DNA from: an uncultured virus (IMG/VR IMGVR_UViG_3300033148_003715)
Taxonomy: Duplodnaviria; Heunggongvirae; Uroviricota; Caudoviricetes
IMG/VR virus record: IMGVR_UViG_3300033148_003715
Strand: one strand, 5' to 3'
DNA: 64,000 bases
Below the pieces are notes generated by a model, which was given only the letters and a program-made list of their open reading frames with translations, ran no database searches and was not told the DNA's origin. This document shows, piece after piece, positions 17,452 through 27,757 of the stretch. The translations under genes and the position numbers were made by a program. Within the stretch, counting starts at the first letter, position 1. Each line of letters opens with the position of its first letter.

Positions 17452-18390
17452 ATGATCGGGAATCGCTCTCTGATCCAAAAGGCGGACCTCGCGCTGTCCG
17501 ACCTTCTCACCGATGGCGGCGCGCTGGTCGCCGAGCAGGCGGTGCGGTTCATCCGCACGTTGATCGAGGAGTCGGTCATCATGCCCATGAGCACCGTCGT
17601 GCCCATGAAGAACCCGACCAAGCTCCTGGAGAAGATCCGCTTCGGATCCAGGGTGCTCCGCGCCGGCACCGAGGGGCAGGCCCTCGGCGTCAGCGACCGC
17701 GCCAAGCCCGACCTCGAGAAGGAGGAGCTGAACGCGCAGCTTTTCAAGGCTGAGGTGCGCCTCAACAACGAGGTGCTGGAGGACTCGATCGAGCGCCAGC
17801 AGCTCCGCCAGACGATCATGGCGACCCTGGCCGAGCGGATCGCGCTCGACATGGATGAGGTGATCATCCTCGGCGACACCGCCACCGTCGGCGACCCGTT
17901 CCTCGCCAAGTTCGACGGGATCCTCAAGCAGGCCTCGGTCAACGTCGTCCCGCACGGCGTCGCCCCGGTCGACAAGACCCTGTTCAAGAACATGCTCAAG
18001 TCGATGCCGACCGAGTTCCTCAGGAACAAGCGCAAGATGCGCTTCCTGGTCAGCGTCGACACCGAGATCGACTACCGCGACACCACCAACGCGCGGGAGA
18101 CCAACCTCGGGGACCGCTACCTCGAGAACGACGTCCCGGTCGCCTACAGCGGCGTCCCGATCGTCGACGTGCCCCTGTTCCCCGAGGACGGCGGCTCGGG
18201 CTCGAACGAGAGCCAGGTGCTCCTCACGGACCCGAAGAACATCAACGTGGGGATCCTCCGCAAGATCACCATGGAGACCGACAAGGACATCAGCGCGGGC
18301 GTGTTGATCATCGTCGCCACCCTCCGCTTCGACGTCCAGTTCGCCGAGAAGCGGGCCACCGTCAAGGGAACCCAGGTCACGGTCAGCTAG
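17452..18390 (+). CDS. Major capsid protein (XkdG-like, HK97 fold)
   Basis: GGAL..EQAVRFI, KIRFGSRVLRAG, EVLEDSIE, DMDEVIILGDT, DGILKQA, LLTDPKNI.VG..RKI.ME; AGGAGG RBS. Confidence 0.9.
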   Translation: MIGNRSLIQKADLALSDLLTDGGALVAEQAVRFIRTLIEESVIMPMSTVVPMKNPTKLLEKIRFGSRVLRAGTEGQALGVSDRAKPDLEKEELNAQLFKAEVRLNNEVLEDSIERQQLRQTIMATLAERIALDMDEVIILGDTATVGDPFLAKFDGILKQASVNVVPHGVAPVDKTLFKNMLKSMPTEFLRNKRKMRFLVSVDTEIDYRDTTNARETNLGDRYLENDVPVAYSGVPIVDVPLFPEDGGSGSNESQVLLTDPKNINVGILRKITMETDKDISAGVLIIVATLRFDVQFAEKRATVKGTQVTVS

Positions 18391-18447
18391 GCTTCGGCCT
18401 AGCTCGCCCGTCCCCAGGACACACAGAAAGCACACGGAGGAAACACC

Positions 18448-18783
18448 ATGGCAAGCACGATCGCCCTCTCGAACCACGGCGGCAAGCAGCCGTCCGCGCC
18501 CCTGATCGCGACCGTCCTGGACTTCACGTCCGATACCTCGTACCCGAACCCGGCGGGGTGGCCGTTCAACCCGGGTGCGCTGCTCCAGTCGCTCGCCGGC
18601 TACGACAAGGCCCCCGAGGTCATGTCGGTGCTGTCCGAGCCCAAGGGCGACTACTACGCCCAGTGGGACCGCTCGGACAACAGCCTGCACTTCTACCTGG
18701 TCTCGACCGGGGCCGAGGTCGCCAACACGGTCGACCTGTCGACCACGCCGGGCCTCGTGAAGCTGCTGGTGCTCGCCAAGTAG
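18448..18783 (+). CDS. Putative head decoration/structural protein
   Basis: Directly after the capsid gene; GGAGG RBS; SYP..GW...GAEVANTVDLS. Confidence 0.55.
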   Translation: MASTIALSNHGGKQPSAPLIATVLDFTSDTSYPNPAGWPFNPGALLQSLAGYDKAPEVMSVLSEPKGDYYAQWDRSDNSLHFYLVSTGAEVANTVDLSTTPGLVKLLVLAK

Positions 18784-18798
18784 AAACCACCAACCGGA

Positions 18799-18844
18799 GG
18801 AGGCGGGACCGGACTGGGCTAGTCCCAAGCCTGGTCCCGCCTCC
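18799..18844 (+). terminator. GC-rich hairpin after the capsid genes
   Basis: GGAGGCGGGACC...GGTCCCGCCTCC, 12-bp arms; only a weak U tract. Confidence 0.55.
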
Positions 18845-18880
18845 TTCGCTATCAACGATTAGAGACGACAGGAGAACAGC

Positions 18881-19393
18881 ATGAAGCTCGCACGGATACA
18901 CCCGCCGAACACCTCGAGGGGGTTCTTCGCCCACACCTACCTCCTCTCAGGGAGCGGCTACCCCAAGTTCGAGGCCAGGAAGGGCTGGTACGAGGTCGAC
19001 GACGGGTTCGCCGACAAGACCCTCAGGCCGCTCCTCAACAACCCCGACGACCCGCACTCGAGGCCCGTGTTCCAGATCTGCACCGTCGCCGAGGCCAGGG
19101 CCCTCGAGGAGGCCGAGAAGGAGATCATCGCCGTCGCGGACGCCCCGATCCCGGCCCCGAAGAAGAAGCGCGACGTGGAGTGGCCCGACGACATGGCCGC
19201 GCCCGCCACGCCGCCGGAGCCCGAGGAGCCCGAGGCCTCCGACGACTCGATCGTCGTGGACGGGGTCAAGTACCGGGAGACCGCCGACGACGGGGCCGAC
19301 GAGCCGCCTCCGCCCCCGCCGCCGGCCGCCAAGCCGCCGCGGAAGAAGGCCAAGGCGAAGCCGCGGAAGAAGACGAAGTCCAAGGGGAAGTAG
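18881..19393 (+). CDS. Hypothetical protein with Pro/Lys-rich tail
   Basis: AGGAG RBS; GC3-rich. Confidence 0.75.
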   Translation: MKLARIHPPNTSRGFFAHTYLLSGSGYPKFEARKGWYEVDDGFADKTLRPLLNNPDDPHSRPVFQICTVAEARALEEAEKEIIAVADAPIPAPKKKRDVEWPDDMAAPATPPEPEEPEASDDSIVVDGVKYRETADDGADEPPPPPPPAAKPPRKKAKAKPRKKTKSKGK

Positions 19394-19662
19394 TGGCCGG
19401 CAACGGCCAAGACGTGTTCGAGTCCAGCGACCTCGGGACCGCGGCCTACGTCCACATGCGCGGCCTCGAGATCCTGGGCGTCAGGCAGGGGTCGCACCGC
19501 GGCCAGTTCGTCTTCATGTTCCAGGACCCGGAGGGGCAGGGCAAGCAGCTCCAGGTCGACTACCTGAACTCGGAGAGCCGCAAGTTCGACGGCGCGGTGC
19601 GGTCGCTCAAGAAGCTCTGCTACGACAGGCCGAAGACCGGCTCGAGGAGGACGTTGAGATGA
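19393..19662 (+). CDS. Small phage protein (DUF5659-like)
   Basis: GTG overlapping the upstream TAG; FESSDLGTAAYVHMRGLEILG...FVFMF. Confidence 0.6.
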   Translation: MAGNGQDVFESSDLGTAAYVHMRGLEILGVRQGSHRGQFVFMFQDPEGQGKQLQVDYLNSESRKFDGAVRSLKKLCYDRPKTGSRRTLR

Positions 19663-19997
19663 GCGGCAAGGACAGGATCATCAAGGTCGACGTCACCCTC
19701 GTGGCGTCCGACGTGGTCGAGCAGGTCCTCACGATCCCACCCTCGTTCCGGCGCTGGACGCTCGTTGCGGTGGCGAAGAACGTCTCGGCCTCCCCGGGGG
19801 CGGTCACGTTCGAGCTTCAGTACCTGATCGACGGCGCCTACTACAAGCGGAACCCGGCGGGCTCGGGCCCGCTGGCGATCAACGAGGCCAACGTGATCAC
19901 GTCCGAGGACGTAGTCCAGAAGGTCAAGCTCAAGATCACCTGCGCCGGGGCCAAGCCAGACGGGGACGCGGTGATCGAGCTGTGGGGAGCCAGGTAG
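19659..19997 (+). CDS. Hypothetical beta-rich structural protein
   Basis: ATGA overlap. Confidence 0.7.
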   Translation: MSGKDRIIKVDVTLVASDVVEQVLTIPPSFRRWTLVAVAKNVSASPGAVTFELQYLIDGAYYKRNPAGSGPLAINEANVITSEDVVQKVKLKITCAGAKPDGDAVIELWGAR

Positions 19998-19998
19998 C

Positions 19999-22107
19999 GT
20001 GGCGAACCAGTCCGACTTCCTCGCCGGGGAGAACCCCACCCACCCCGGCAGCCCCGGCGGGGTCCTGATCTCGCCCGAGGGAGGCGAGACGGTTCCGTCG
20101 CTCGGAGCCGACTACGTCTGGAAGGGCGACGGTTCGGGCGGCTGGGTCCAGGGCGCGGTCCCGGCCAGCGCACCGCTCGCCCACGACCTCGGCGACCCGG
20201 GCGTCCACAACGCGGACTCGCTCGCGGACCTGAACGGGCGAGTCAGCGACGCCACGCTGATCGACACCGCCGACGCGAGACTCTCCAACGCGAGGACCCC
20301 GACCGGTGCGGCCACAGGCGACCTCACGGGGACGTTCCCCGCGCCGTCAATCGCGCCCCTCGCGGTCACCGACGCCAAGGTCGCCGCGGCCAACAAGGAC
20401 GGCACGGCGGGCACGGCGTCCATGCGGACCCTCGGGGCCGGCGCACAGCAGGCCACGGCCGGCAACGACGGGAGGCTCTCCGACGCCCGCACCCCGACCT
20501 CGCACGGGCTCGGTGGGGGCGAACACGCCACGGCGACCCTGGCGCAGCTCAACGCGAAGATCAGCGACGCGGACCTGATCGACTCGGGGGCCGCCGCCGC
20601 AGCGACGAAGGAGCCCACCGGGTTCGTCGACGGTCAGGCCGACGTCGTGATCTCGTGGTCCGACGTGTCGAAGGTCCTGACCGTGACCCCGACCGGGGCG
20701 GACTTCGACCTCTGGCAGCGAGGCGTGAAGTTCACCAAGACGGCCGAGACCAAGGACGTCAGCGGCTCGATCGCCGAGGGCTTCTGGTTCTTCTACTACG
20801 ACACGTCGGGCGTGCTCCAGGGCGGCCAGACCGTCTGGGACCTCGAGCAGCACGCGCCGGTCGCGTTCCTCTACTGGGACGCGACGAACTCGAAGGCGCT
20901 GAACCTGGCTCTCGAGACCCACGGGACCGCAATGGGCTGGAGCACCCACCGCGAGCTTCACCTCACGGTCGGGGCGCTCTGGCAGACCGGGCTCGCCGCC
21001 TCGGGCAACGTGGCCGGCGACGGGAGCGTCGCCTCGCACGCCCAGATCGCGGTCGGGGCCGGGACGATCCACGACGAGGACCTCATGGTCCAGATCACGT
21101 CGGGGGTCGGGGGCGGGCTGTTCGAGCAGGACCTCGGTCTGCCGGCGAAGATCCCCGTCTGGTACCTGGACGGGTCGGGGCCGGTGTGGCGGAAGAAGAC
21201 CGCCAACACCTTCCCGCTCCTCGAGGGCACGAGTCGGATCAAGTACAACCAGTTCAGCTCCCCGAACTGGCTCCAGACCGACGTGGCGAGCAACGGTCGC
21301 TACGCGGCGATCTGGCTGTTCGCCACGAACAACCAGGCCGAGCCCGTCATGGCGATCCTCGGCCAGAGCGACGACGGCACCCTCGCCAACGCGAAGGAGA
21401 ACAACACTCTCGACAGTCTGAGCCTGGCGGGCATGTTCCTCCAGGAAATGAAGGTAATCGCGCGGCTGATCTTCCAGTCCAGCAGCTCCTACGGGAACGC
21501 CTCGAAGGCGCGCCTCCGCGACGTACTCGACCTCAGGGACGTGTCGAGCATTCCCTCGGGCGGGTTCATTGCGACCACGCACAACAGCCTCGCCGGACGT
21601 GACCTGTTGCCCTCGCACCCCGCGAGCGCCCTCACGGCGGACGTGTCCGCGTTCGGAGGAGCCCTCTCGGCGACCGAGGACACGGTCCAGAAGGCGCTCG
21701 ACAAGCTCGACGACAACGTCTTCGGGCTCAACTACACGAAGGGCGTCTCGGAGGCCGAGTCGACCACGACGACCAAGCTCTCGAGCTGGGACGACAAGCT
21801 CACCGTCGCGCTGCCGGCGATTACCGGGACCATGCTCGTCACCGCCAGGGCCGAGGTCAGCACGCTCGTCAAGGACAAGGCTGTCGCGTGTCGGCTCTAC
21901 AACTCGACCGACGCTGTCGTCCTCGGTGATTCTCTGATCACGACCCTGGAGGGCGGCGACACGAGCGTCGACTGGCTCACGGTCGAGTTCACCGTCGAGG
22001 TCGTCCTGGCCGGGACCGGCAAGGACATGAAGATCCAGTGGGCCGACGACTCGACCTCGACGGCGAAGATCCGTCGGGCCAGGATCTTCGCCTGGCGAGT
22101 CGCGTAG
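19999..22107 (+). CDS. Putative virion fibre protein
   Basis: Fibre-type repeats DARLSNARTPT / DGRLSDARTPTSH, GDLTGTFPAPSI, HNSLAGRD...HPASA, VQKALDKLD. Confidence 0.65.
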   Translation: MANQSDFLAGENPTHPGSPGGVLISPEGGETVPSLGADYVWKGDGSGGWVQGAVPASAPLAHDLGDPGVHNADSLADLNGRVSDATLIDTADARLSNARTPTGAATGDLTGTFPAPSIAPLAVTDAKVAAANKDGTAGTASMRTLGAGAQQATAGNDGRLSDARTPTSHGLGGGEHATATLAQLNAKISDADLIDSGAAAAATKEPTGFVDGQADVVISWSDVSKVLTVTPTGADFDLWQRGVKFTKTAETKDVSGSIAEGFWFFYYDTSGVLQGGQTVWDLEQHAPVAFLYWDATNSKALNLALETHGTAMGWSTHRELHLTVGALWQTGLAASGNVAGDGSVASHAQIAVGAGTIHDEDLMVQITSGVGGGLFEQDLGLPAKIPVWYLDGSGPVWRKKTANTFPLLEGTSRIKYNQFSSPNWLQTDVASNGRYAAIWLFATNNQAEPVMAILGQSDDGTLANAKENNTLDSLSLAGMFLQEMKVIARLIFQSSSSYGNASKARLRDVLDLRDVSSIPSGGFIATTHNSLAGRDLLPSHPASALTADVSAFGGALSATEDTVQKALDKLDDNVFGLNYTKGVSEAESTTTTKLSSWDDKLTVALPAITGTMLVTARAEVSTLVKDKAVACRLYNSTDAVVLGDSLITTLEGGDTSVDWLTVEFTVEVVLAGTGKDMKIQWADDSTSTAKIRRARIFAWRVA

Positions 22108-22115
22108 GAGGAGCC

Positions 22116-22361
22116 ATGACCGTCTACACCTACGAGAACGAGACGAACCCGAACCTGGACACGCTGCGCTCCGAGATCGACCTCGACGCCCAGCTCGTCG
22201 CCGACAAGGACTCGGGGGACGAGGGCCACTTCGATCGCGCTCGCTGGGACGAGGACGAGACCTCGCCCGGGTGCGGAGTCGGCGATCTTCAGATCCACTG
22301 GGACGGCGATCTCTGCGCGACCTGCAAGACCGCCCTGGACGCGATCGTTGCGGGGCTCTAG
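22116..22361 (+). CDS. Small acidic protein following the fibre gene
   Basis: ATG 22116 with AGGAGGAG RBS. Confidence 0.65.
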   Translation: MTVYTYENETNPNLDTLRSEIDLDAQLVADKDSGDEGHFDRARWDEDETSPGCGVGDLQIHWDGDLCATCKTALDAIVAGL

Positions 22362-22469
22362 GGACAGACCCTCCCTGAGGCCCTCCTCGGACGTTGCCCT
22401 GGGTCTCGGTTCGTTGCACCCTCGGCTCCCTGCTAACATGGACTCGGAAGGGGCCGAAGGAGGCTGCTA

Positions 22470-22904
22470 GTGGATCTTCCCCTCATGCTCGCCATGGAGG
22501 TCTCGGACGGGGCCATCTGGGGAGCGATCCTCGGCCTCGCCGGAGCGGCCGGCGGCGCGGTCAAGGCCGTCTGGTGGTACCTGACGGAGCGCGAGAAGAA
22601 GCGAGCCGAGCTTCTCAAGCAGGCCCACGACGCCGCGCTCTCCACCAAGGACGGCGAGATCACCAGGCTTCGCGACGAGGTCAAGGATCTCGGGAAGCGA
22701 CTCGCGAAGAAGTCCGACGACCACGCGGCCAAGGTCGAGGAGCTGATGCTGCTCGCGCTGACCAAGGTCGAGGAGGGCCGAGAGCAAGACAGGGAGGCGC
22801 GTGAGGAGTGGTCCGAGAGGGACCGCGAGTCAAGGGCCGAGATCCTCAAGGCGCTCGTTGACTTCAACGCCACCGTGAACAGGTTGAATCCACAGAAGCC
22901 TTGA
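22470..22904 (+). CDS. Membrane protein, one TM helix plus coiled coil (holin/chaperone-like)
   Basis: AIWGAILGLAGAAGGAVKAVWWYL followed by a charged helix; AAGGAGG RBS. Confidence 0.6.
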   Translation: MDLPLMLAMEVSDGAIWGAILGLAGAAGGAVKAVWWYLTEREKKRAELLKQAHDAALSTKDGEITRLRDEVKDLGKRLAKKSDDHAAKVEELMLLALTKVEEGREQDREAREEWSERDRESRAEILKALVDFNATVNRLNPQKP

Positions 22905-22930
22905 ACGAGGATTAGAGGACAGGAGACAGC

Positions 22931-23281
22931 ATGGCAGCCACGCCCTCGCCGCAGGATCCGCTCGAGGTGTTCAAGCAGAGGCTCCTGGAGTCGGACGTTG
23001 AGCAGGCCCAACAGATCAACAGGATCACCGCCGCCCAGTGGGCCCAGACGGCCAGGACCAAGGCTGAGATCGGCAAGGCGAGCGGGGCCGTGGGCAGACT
23101 CTCGAAGACGCTGATCGAGACCAATACGAGATTCTCGATCAGGGCGTTCAAGAAGGCGAGCAACAACGGGGACGGCGACGAGGACGAGCCAGAGGACGAG
23201 GAGGAAGGGCTCGCTCGGCGCGAGACCGAGGTGGTAGACTCTGAGGAACTTGCTCGTCGCCTGGAGCGCGACGGGCAGTAG
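22931..23281 (+). CDS. Hypothetical protein
   Basis: AGGAG RBS, preceded by GATTAGAG. Confidence 0.65.
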   Translation: MAATPSPQDPLEVFKQRLLESDVEQAQQINRITAAQWAQTARTKAEIGKASGAVGRLSKTLIETNTRFSIRAFKKASNNGDGDEDEPEDEEEGLARRETEVVDSEELARRLERDGQ

Positions 23282-23285
23282 TCGA

Positions 23286-23303
23286 GTTTGGGATATCCCA
23301 AAC
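23286..23303. promoter_or_regulatory. 18-bp palindrome, copy 4 (perfect)
   Basis: GTTTGGGATATCCCAAAC between stop 23281 and the next RBS. Confidence 0.85.
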
Positions 23304-23315
23304 CGGGAGCACGCG

Positions 23316-24470
23316 GTGGGGTGGCAAAGTGAAGACTTGAGCGCGCAGGTAACGACCGGGACCGGGATCACGATCTCGACCACGTTCCAGCGCGTGCTGT
23401 CCAGGCTCGCCGTCTTCTACGACGGCCTCCGGGTCAAGGAGGCCTTGTTCACCGAGGTCGACTCGATCCAGCTCCGGCTCGACTTCGCCTCAGTCCTGGG
23501 CGAGGACCTCCTCGTCGTCTACTGGACCGACCAGACCGCGGACGGGCGCGTGGTCGGCTACTCCGAGGATCCGAGCGGGGGCGCGGTCGAGATCCCGCAG
23601 ACGCTCGAGGACATCATTGAGGGACTCGACCAGAGGATCGACGCCATCGAGGACGCACCCCCAGCAGACTCGAAGGACTCGGTCAGGTACGCGACCACCG
23701 CCGACGTCGGGGGCAGCTACGACCAGACGGGTGGGATCTCCGAGCGCGGGCAGCTCGCCAGCATGGCCGACTCGGTCGACGGGACCACGCTCGAGGCCGG
23801 CGACAGGATCCTGGTCAAGAACCAGACCGCCAAGGACCAGAACGGCGTCTACGTGGTCTCCTCAGTCGGGTCCGGCGTGGACGGGGTCTGGGACCGGGCC
23901 GGGGACTTCGACGCCGACGCCGAGGTCACGAGCGGCGCCGTCTTCCACGTCATAGCCGGGATCGCCAACGCGAGGACGGCGTGGATTCTCCTCACCCCGG
24001 ACCCGATCGAGGTCGGGGGCGCGAGCGGGACCGATCAGCTCTGGGGTCAGATCCAGGGCGGGACCGTGTCGATCACCGACCTGGTCAGGACCTACGCGGC
24101 CGGCGTGCTCGCCCAGGACGCGGTCTATCAGAAGGCCGACGCGACCGTCGGGAGGGCCGACGCGACCTCGACCACGACCGCGCGAGCCTTCTTGGGGTTC
24201 GTGGCCTCCAAGGACCTCCCGAACCCGGGCCAGGTCACGATCCGCTACCACGGGGATCTGTCGGGGTTTTCGGGGCTCGTCGCGGGCAAGACGTACCTGA
24301 TCAGCACGAGCCCCGGCCAGGTCGTCGCGTCCGACGACATTACGAATCCCATTCACCCCGAGTTCGCCGGACTCGTCCCGGGAAGCGGATTCGTGACCCG
24401 GGAGGTCGGCCAAGCTAAAGACTCGACCACCCTCTTCGTCGAGGGCAGTCGAGACTACGAAGTCATGTAG
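23316..24470 (+). CDS. Virion fibre/structural protein
   Basis: KDSVRYATT...VDGTTLEAGDRILVKNQT..DQNGVYVV...WDRAGDFD (common phage fibre domain); C-terminal cement-like domain. Confidence 0.75.
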   Translation: MGWQSEDLSAQVTTGTGITISTTFQRVLSRLAVFYDGLRVKEALFTEVDSIQLRLDFASVLGEDLLVVYWTDQTADGRVVGYSEDPSGGAVEIPQTLEDIIEGLDQRIDAIEDAPPADSKDSVRYATTADVGGSYDQTGGISERGQLASMADSVDGTTLEAGDRILVKNQTAKDQNGVYVVSSVGSGVDGVWDRAGDFDADAEVTSGAVFHVIAGIANARTAWILLTPDPIEVGGASGTDQLWGQIQGGTVSITDLVRTYAAGVLAQDAVYQKADATVGRADATSTTTARAFLGFVASKDLPNPGQVTIRYHGDLSGFSGLVAGKTYLISTSPGQVVASDDITNPIHPEFAGLVPGSGFVTREVGQAKDSTTLFVEGSRDYEVM

Positions 24471-24484
24471 CCAGGAGAAACACT

Positions 24485-27400
24485 ATGGCGACAGCAGTAC
24501 TACTCAAGAAGGTCGCGGGGATCCCCTCGCCGCAGTATTCGGCCGAGACCGACCAGGCCCTCCTGGGTGGACTCGCGCTCTCCGCTGGCGGCACCGCCGC
24601 CCTCTACGACGACGCCAACGTCACGGCGCTCCAGATCGGAGGCGGCGCGGCCCTCACGGACATCGACATCGGGAGCGCCGCCAACGCGCCGAACGTCGAC
24701 ATCGACGGCAACGCGGTCGAGATCGACGCCGACGCTGCCTCCCACTTCACCGTCGACGGCGCGGCCCTCACGCTCGCCACGACCACGTCGGGCAACGTCG
24801 AGATCGACGGGATCGACGCGGTGAAGATCGAATCCGAGGGGGCGATCAGCATCGGCGACGACGATCGCGACCAGGACATCAACATCGGCACCAAGGGCGA
24901 GCGCTCGATCAACGTCGGCACGGGCGCGTTCGCGGCCACGATCACGATCGGGAACACGACCGGCGCGACCGCGCTCGCGCTCAAGTCCGGCACGGGCTCG
25001 ACCACGATCACCGGGGACACCGTGATCACGGGCAACCTGACCGTGCAGGGCGACTCGTTCGTCTCCGAGGCCGAGACGGTCCTCTACGACGACAACCACC
25101 TCTACCTGAACAACGCCTACAAGACGGCCGTGGCCGAGACGGGCGGGCTGATCGTCAACTACCTCCCGACCGCGACCACCGACACGGTGGCCGCGACGGG
25201 GTTCGTCGCGGGGGTCGGCGCGGGTGACAACCCGAAGGTCTACACGGTGGGGAATGCGTTCGCGGCCACGGATCTGATCCAGGTCGACGGGGCTGCCGAC
25301 CCGGCCAACAACGGCCTCTTCGAGGTCCTGTCCCACGCCGGGGAGGTCCTGACGATCAAGGGGATCGGGTCCACCGCGACCGTCGAGGACTTTACCCAGA
25401 ACCAGTTCGTCACCGACACCACTGTCCAGGGCACGATCTTCAAGGTGAATGTCTCGGTCATGCGTGCCGGCACCGACGGCACCTGGGAGTCCGCTAAGGG
25501 GAACCAGACTGGGTTCGTGTTCGCCGACCTGGCTCTCGCGACGGTCGACTGGGCCGACGTCCTCGCCCAGGACGAGAACTCGGGAGCCAACAGCCCCTCG
25601 ATCGACACCGGGCAGAAGCTCGTCGGGGCGGCCGAGCTGACCCTCGAGGCCGAGGGTGGCAGCGTGCGGATCGACGCCAGCGACAATACGCTCCTGACCA
25701 ACGCGACCGCCCTGACGGCGGACGCGGCCCTGACGGTGACCGCGACCGCCGCCGACCTGGCCCTGGCCTCGTCGACCAAGTCGGTCGTGATCACCGGAGC
25801 CGAGGCCGCCGCGGACGCGGTCACGATCACGGCGAGCAACGCCGCGGGCGGGATCGACATCAACGCGGGCGTCACGTCGGGCGTGGTGACGATCAACGGC
25901 GGCGGGTCCTGCACGATCACCCACGCGGGGATCAACCTGGCCGGCGGCGCGAGTGAGATCGACCTGACCACGTCGGGCGCGCTGGACCTGAACTCGGGCG
26001 CGTTCACCCTGGAGGCGTCGACGGCCTCGCTCGCCATGACGAGCAGCTTCGACCTCCAGGCTGCCGGGGCGGTCACGATCGACAGCTCGGCCGCCGCGAT
26101 CAGCATCGGCGCCGACGCCGACGCCTTCGCGATCAACGTCGGCACGGGCGCCGCCGCGAGGACGATCACGATCGGCAACGCCACGGGGGCGACCTCGGTC
26201 GTGCTCAACGCAGGCACGGGGAACATCGACATCGGGGTCGGGAACCAGGTCAGGGCGACCAACGTCGCCACCGGGGCCGCGGCCCAGACGGTCACGATCG
26301 GCAGCACGAACAGCACGTCGTCGCTGACCCTCCAGGCGGGTTCGGGCGAGATCGACGTTACCACGACCGGGCTCCTCGACCTGAACAGTGCCACCTACAC
26401 GCTCAACACGTCATCGACGGCGATCGTCACGATCGGCTCCACCTACGACCTCGACGTGGTCGGGGCCCTTTCGATCAACAGCTCGGCTGGCGTGATCAAC
26501 GTCGGAAACGACGACGACGACTTTGCTATCAACATCGGCACCCAGGGCGAGAGGGCGATCTCGATCGGGTCCGGGGCGTTCGCGCAGACGATCACCCTGG
26601 GGAACAACACGGGGGCCACGAGCCTCGCGCTCGAGACCGGCTCGGGTGGCCTGAACATCGACGCCGACGGGAACAGCGCGTGGGACGTCTCCGGGACCCT
26701 GGACCTCCAGACCGGCGGCGCGCTCACGATCGACAGCGACGCCGCGATCACGATCGGCGGGGACGCGGACGCGCAGGCGATCAACATCGGGACCGGGGCC
26801 GCGGCCCGGACGATCACCGCCGGCAACGCGACCGGCGCGACCTCGATCGTCCTGAACTGCGGGACCGGCAACCTCGACGTGGGCGTCAACGCGGTCGCGC
26901 ACGAGGTCAGGATCGGAAGCGCGGCCGGCGCGGCCGGCGTGACGATCAACACCGGCACGGGCGGGATCGACGTCGGGACTAACGCGATTGCGGCCACGGT
27001 CACGCTCGGGAACGTCACGGGCGCGACCGCCCTCGACCTCAACTCCGGGACCGGCGGGGTCACGATTGACACCGTCGCCACGGGGAGCATTCGGCTCACC
27101 GCCGTGGACGACGCCGGCAGCGACATCTCCTTCCAGGCGCACGGCAGCGCGGTGATCGAGTTCAACGACGCGACCCACAACGACCTCGACTCCGGGTTCG
27201 TCGGGGTCACGTCGATCGTCGGCGCGCTCAACTACATCATGACCGAGGGCGGGACCGGCACTCACCTCGAGAACGACTACAAGAACACCACGGGCGGCGC
27301 GATCGACGAGGGCGAGCTGGTCGCGATCAAGCTCGCGACGACCACGCTGGAGATCCTCCTCTGCGACGCCACCGTCTACTCGGCCAACGCGGCCAACTTC

Positions 27401-27697
27401 CTCGGAGTCGCCGAGGCCCAGATCGCCAACAACGGGACCGGCGGGGTTATCTCGGAGGGCCCGGCCACGGTCAGGTTCGCGGCAGGCGAGGGCGCTGGCG
27501 GGGCCGGCACCCACTCGGGCAAGGAGGCGTTCATGTCGGAGGCGACCGGGCTCGCCACGCTCGACGGGACGAGCGTCTCCACCTCGGGCGCGGTCCTGCT
27601 GCCGATCGGCTACGTCACCGACGACTCCGGCTACGACAACGGCGTCGAGTCCACTATGGAGGTCCACCTGGTCCGCGGCCAGAAGATGATCGTCTAG
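24485..27697 (+). CDS. Large repetitive virion fibre protein (1070 aa)
   Basis: Repeats of INIGTGAAARTITIGNATGATS..L..GTG; Gly/Thr/Ala-rich; C-terminal cement-like domain. Confidence 0.75.
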   Translation: MATAVLLKKVAGIPSPQYSAETDQALLGGLALSAGGTAALYDDANVTALQIGGGAALTDIDIGSAANAPNVDIDGNAVEIDADAASHFTVDGAALTLATTTSGNVEIDGIDAVKIESEGAISIGDDDRDQDINIGTKGERSINVGTGAFAATITIGNTTGATALALKSGTGSTTITGDTVITGNLTVQGDSFVSEAETVLYDDNHLYLNNAYKTAVAETGGLIVNYLPTATTDTVAATGFVAGVGAGDNPKVYTVGNAFAATDLIQVDGAADPANNGLFEVLSHAGEVLTIKGIGSTATVEDFTQNQFVTDTTVQGTIFKVNVSVMRAGTDGTWESAKGNQTGFVFADLALATVDWADVLAQDENSGANSPSIDTGQKLVGAAELTLEAEGGSVRIDASDNTLLTNATALTADAALTVTATAADLALASSTKSVVITGAEAAADAVTITASNAAGGIDINAGVTSGVVTINGGGSCTITHAGINLAGGASEIDLTTSGALDLNSGAFTLEASTASLAMTSSFDLQAAGAVTIDSSAAAISIGADADAFAINVGTGAAARTITIGNATGATSVVLNAGTGNIDIGVGNQVRATNVATGAAAQTVTIGSTNSTSSLTLQAGSGEIDVTTTGLLDLNSATYTLNTSSTAIVTIGSTYDLDVVGALSINSSAGVINVGNDDDDFAINIGTQGERAISIGSGAFAQTITLGNNTGATSLALETGSGGLNIDADGNSAWDVSGTLDLQTGGALTIDSDAAITIGGDADAQAINIGTGAAARTITAGNATGATSIVLNCGTGNLDVGVNAVAHEVRIGSAAGAAGVTINTGTGGIDVGTNAIAATVTLGNVTGATALDLNSGTGGVTIDTVATGSIRLTAVDDAGSDISFQAHGSAVIEFNDATHNDLDSGFVGVTSIVGALNYIMTEGGTGTHLENDYKNTTGGAIDEGELVAIKLATTTLEILLCDATVYSANAANFLGVAEAQIANNGTGGVISEGPATVRFAAGEGAGGAGTHSGKEAFMSEATGLATLDGTSVSTSGAVLLPIGYVTDDSGYDNGVESTMEVHLVRGQKMIV

Positions 27698-27709
27698 GAC
27701 GAACAACCC

Positions 27710-27737
27710 GGCCGGGGAGGGACGTCCTTCCCCGGCC
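27710..27737. terminator. GC-rich hairpin
   Basis: GGCCGGGGAGGGACGTCCTTCCCCGGCC, followed by GATTAGAG. Confidence 0.5.
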
Positions 27738-27757
27738 CCAATGATTAGAGAGAAGAC

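Noticed and set aside
15438..18062. Long minus-strand ORFs (874 aa here; also 20347-22419, 34311-36635, 48050-50101)
   Set aside because: They are antisense shadows of GC3-rich structural genes and show no motifs.
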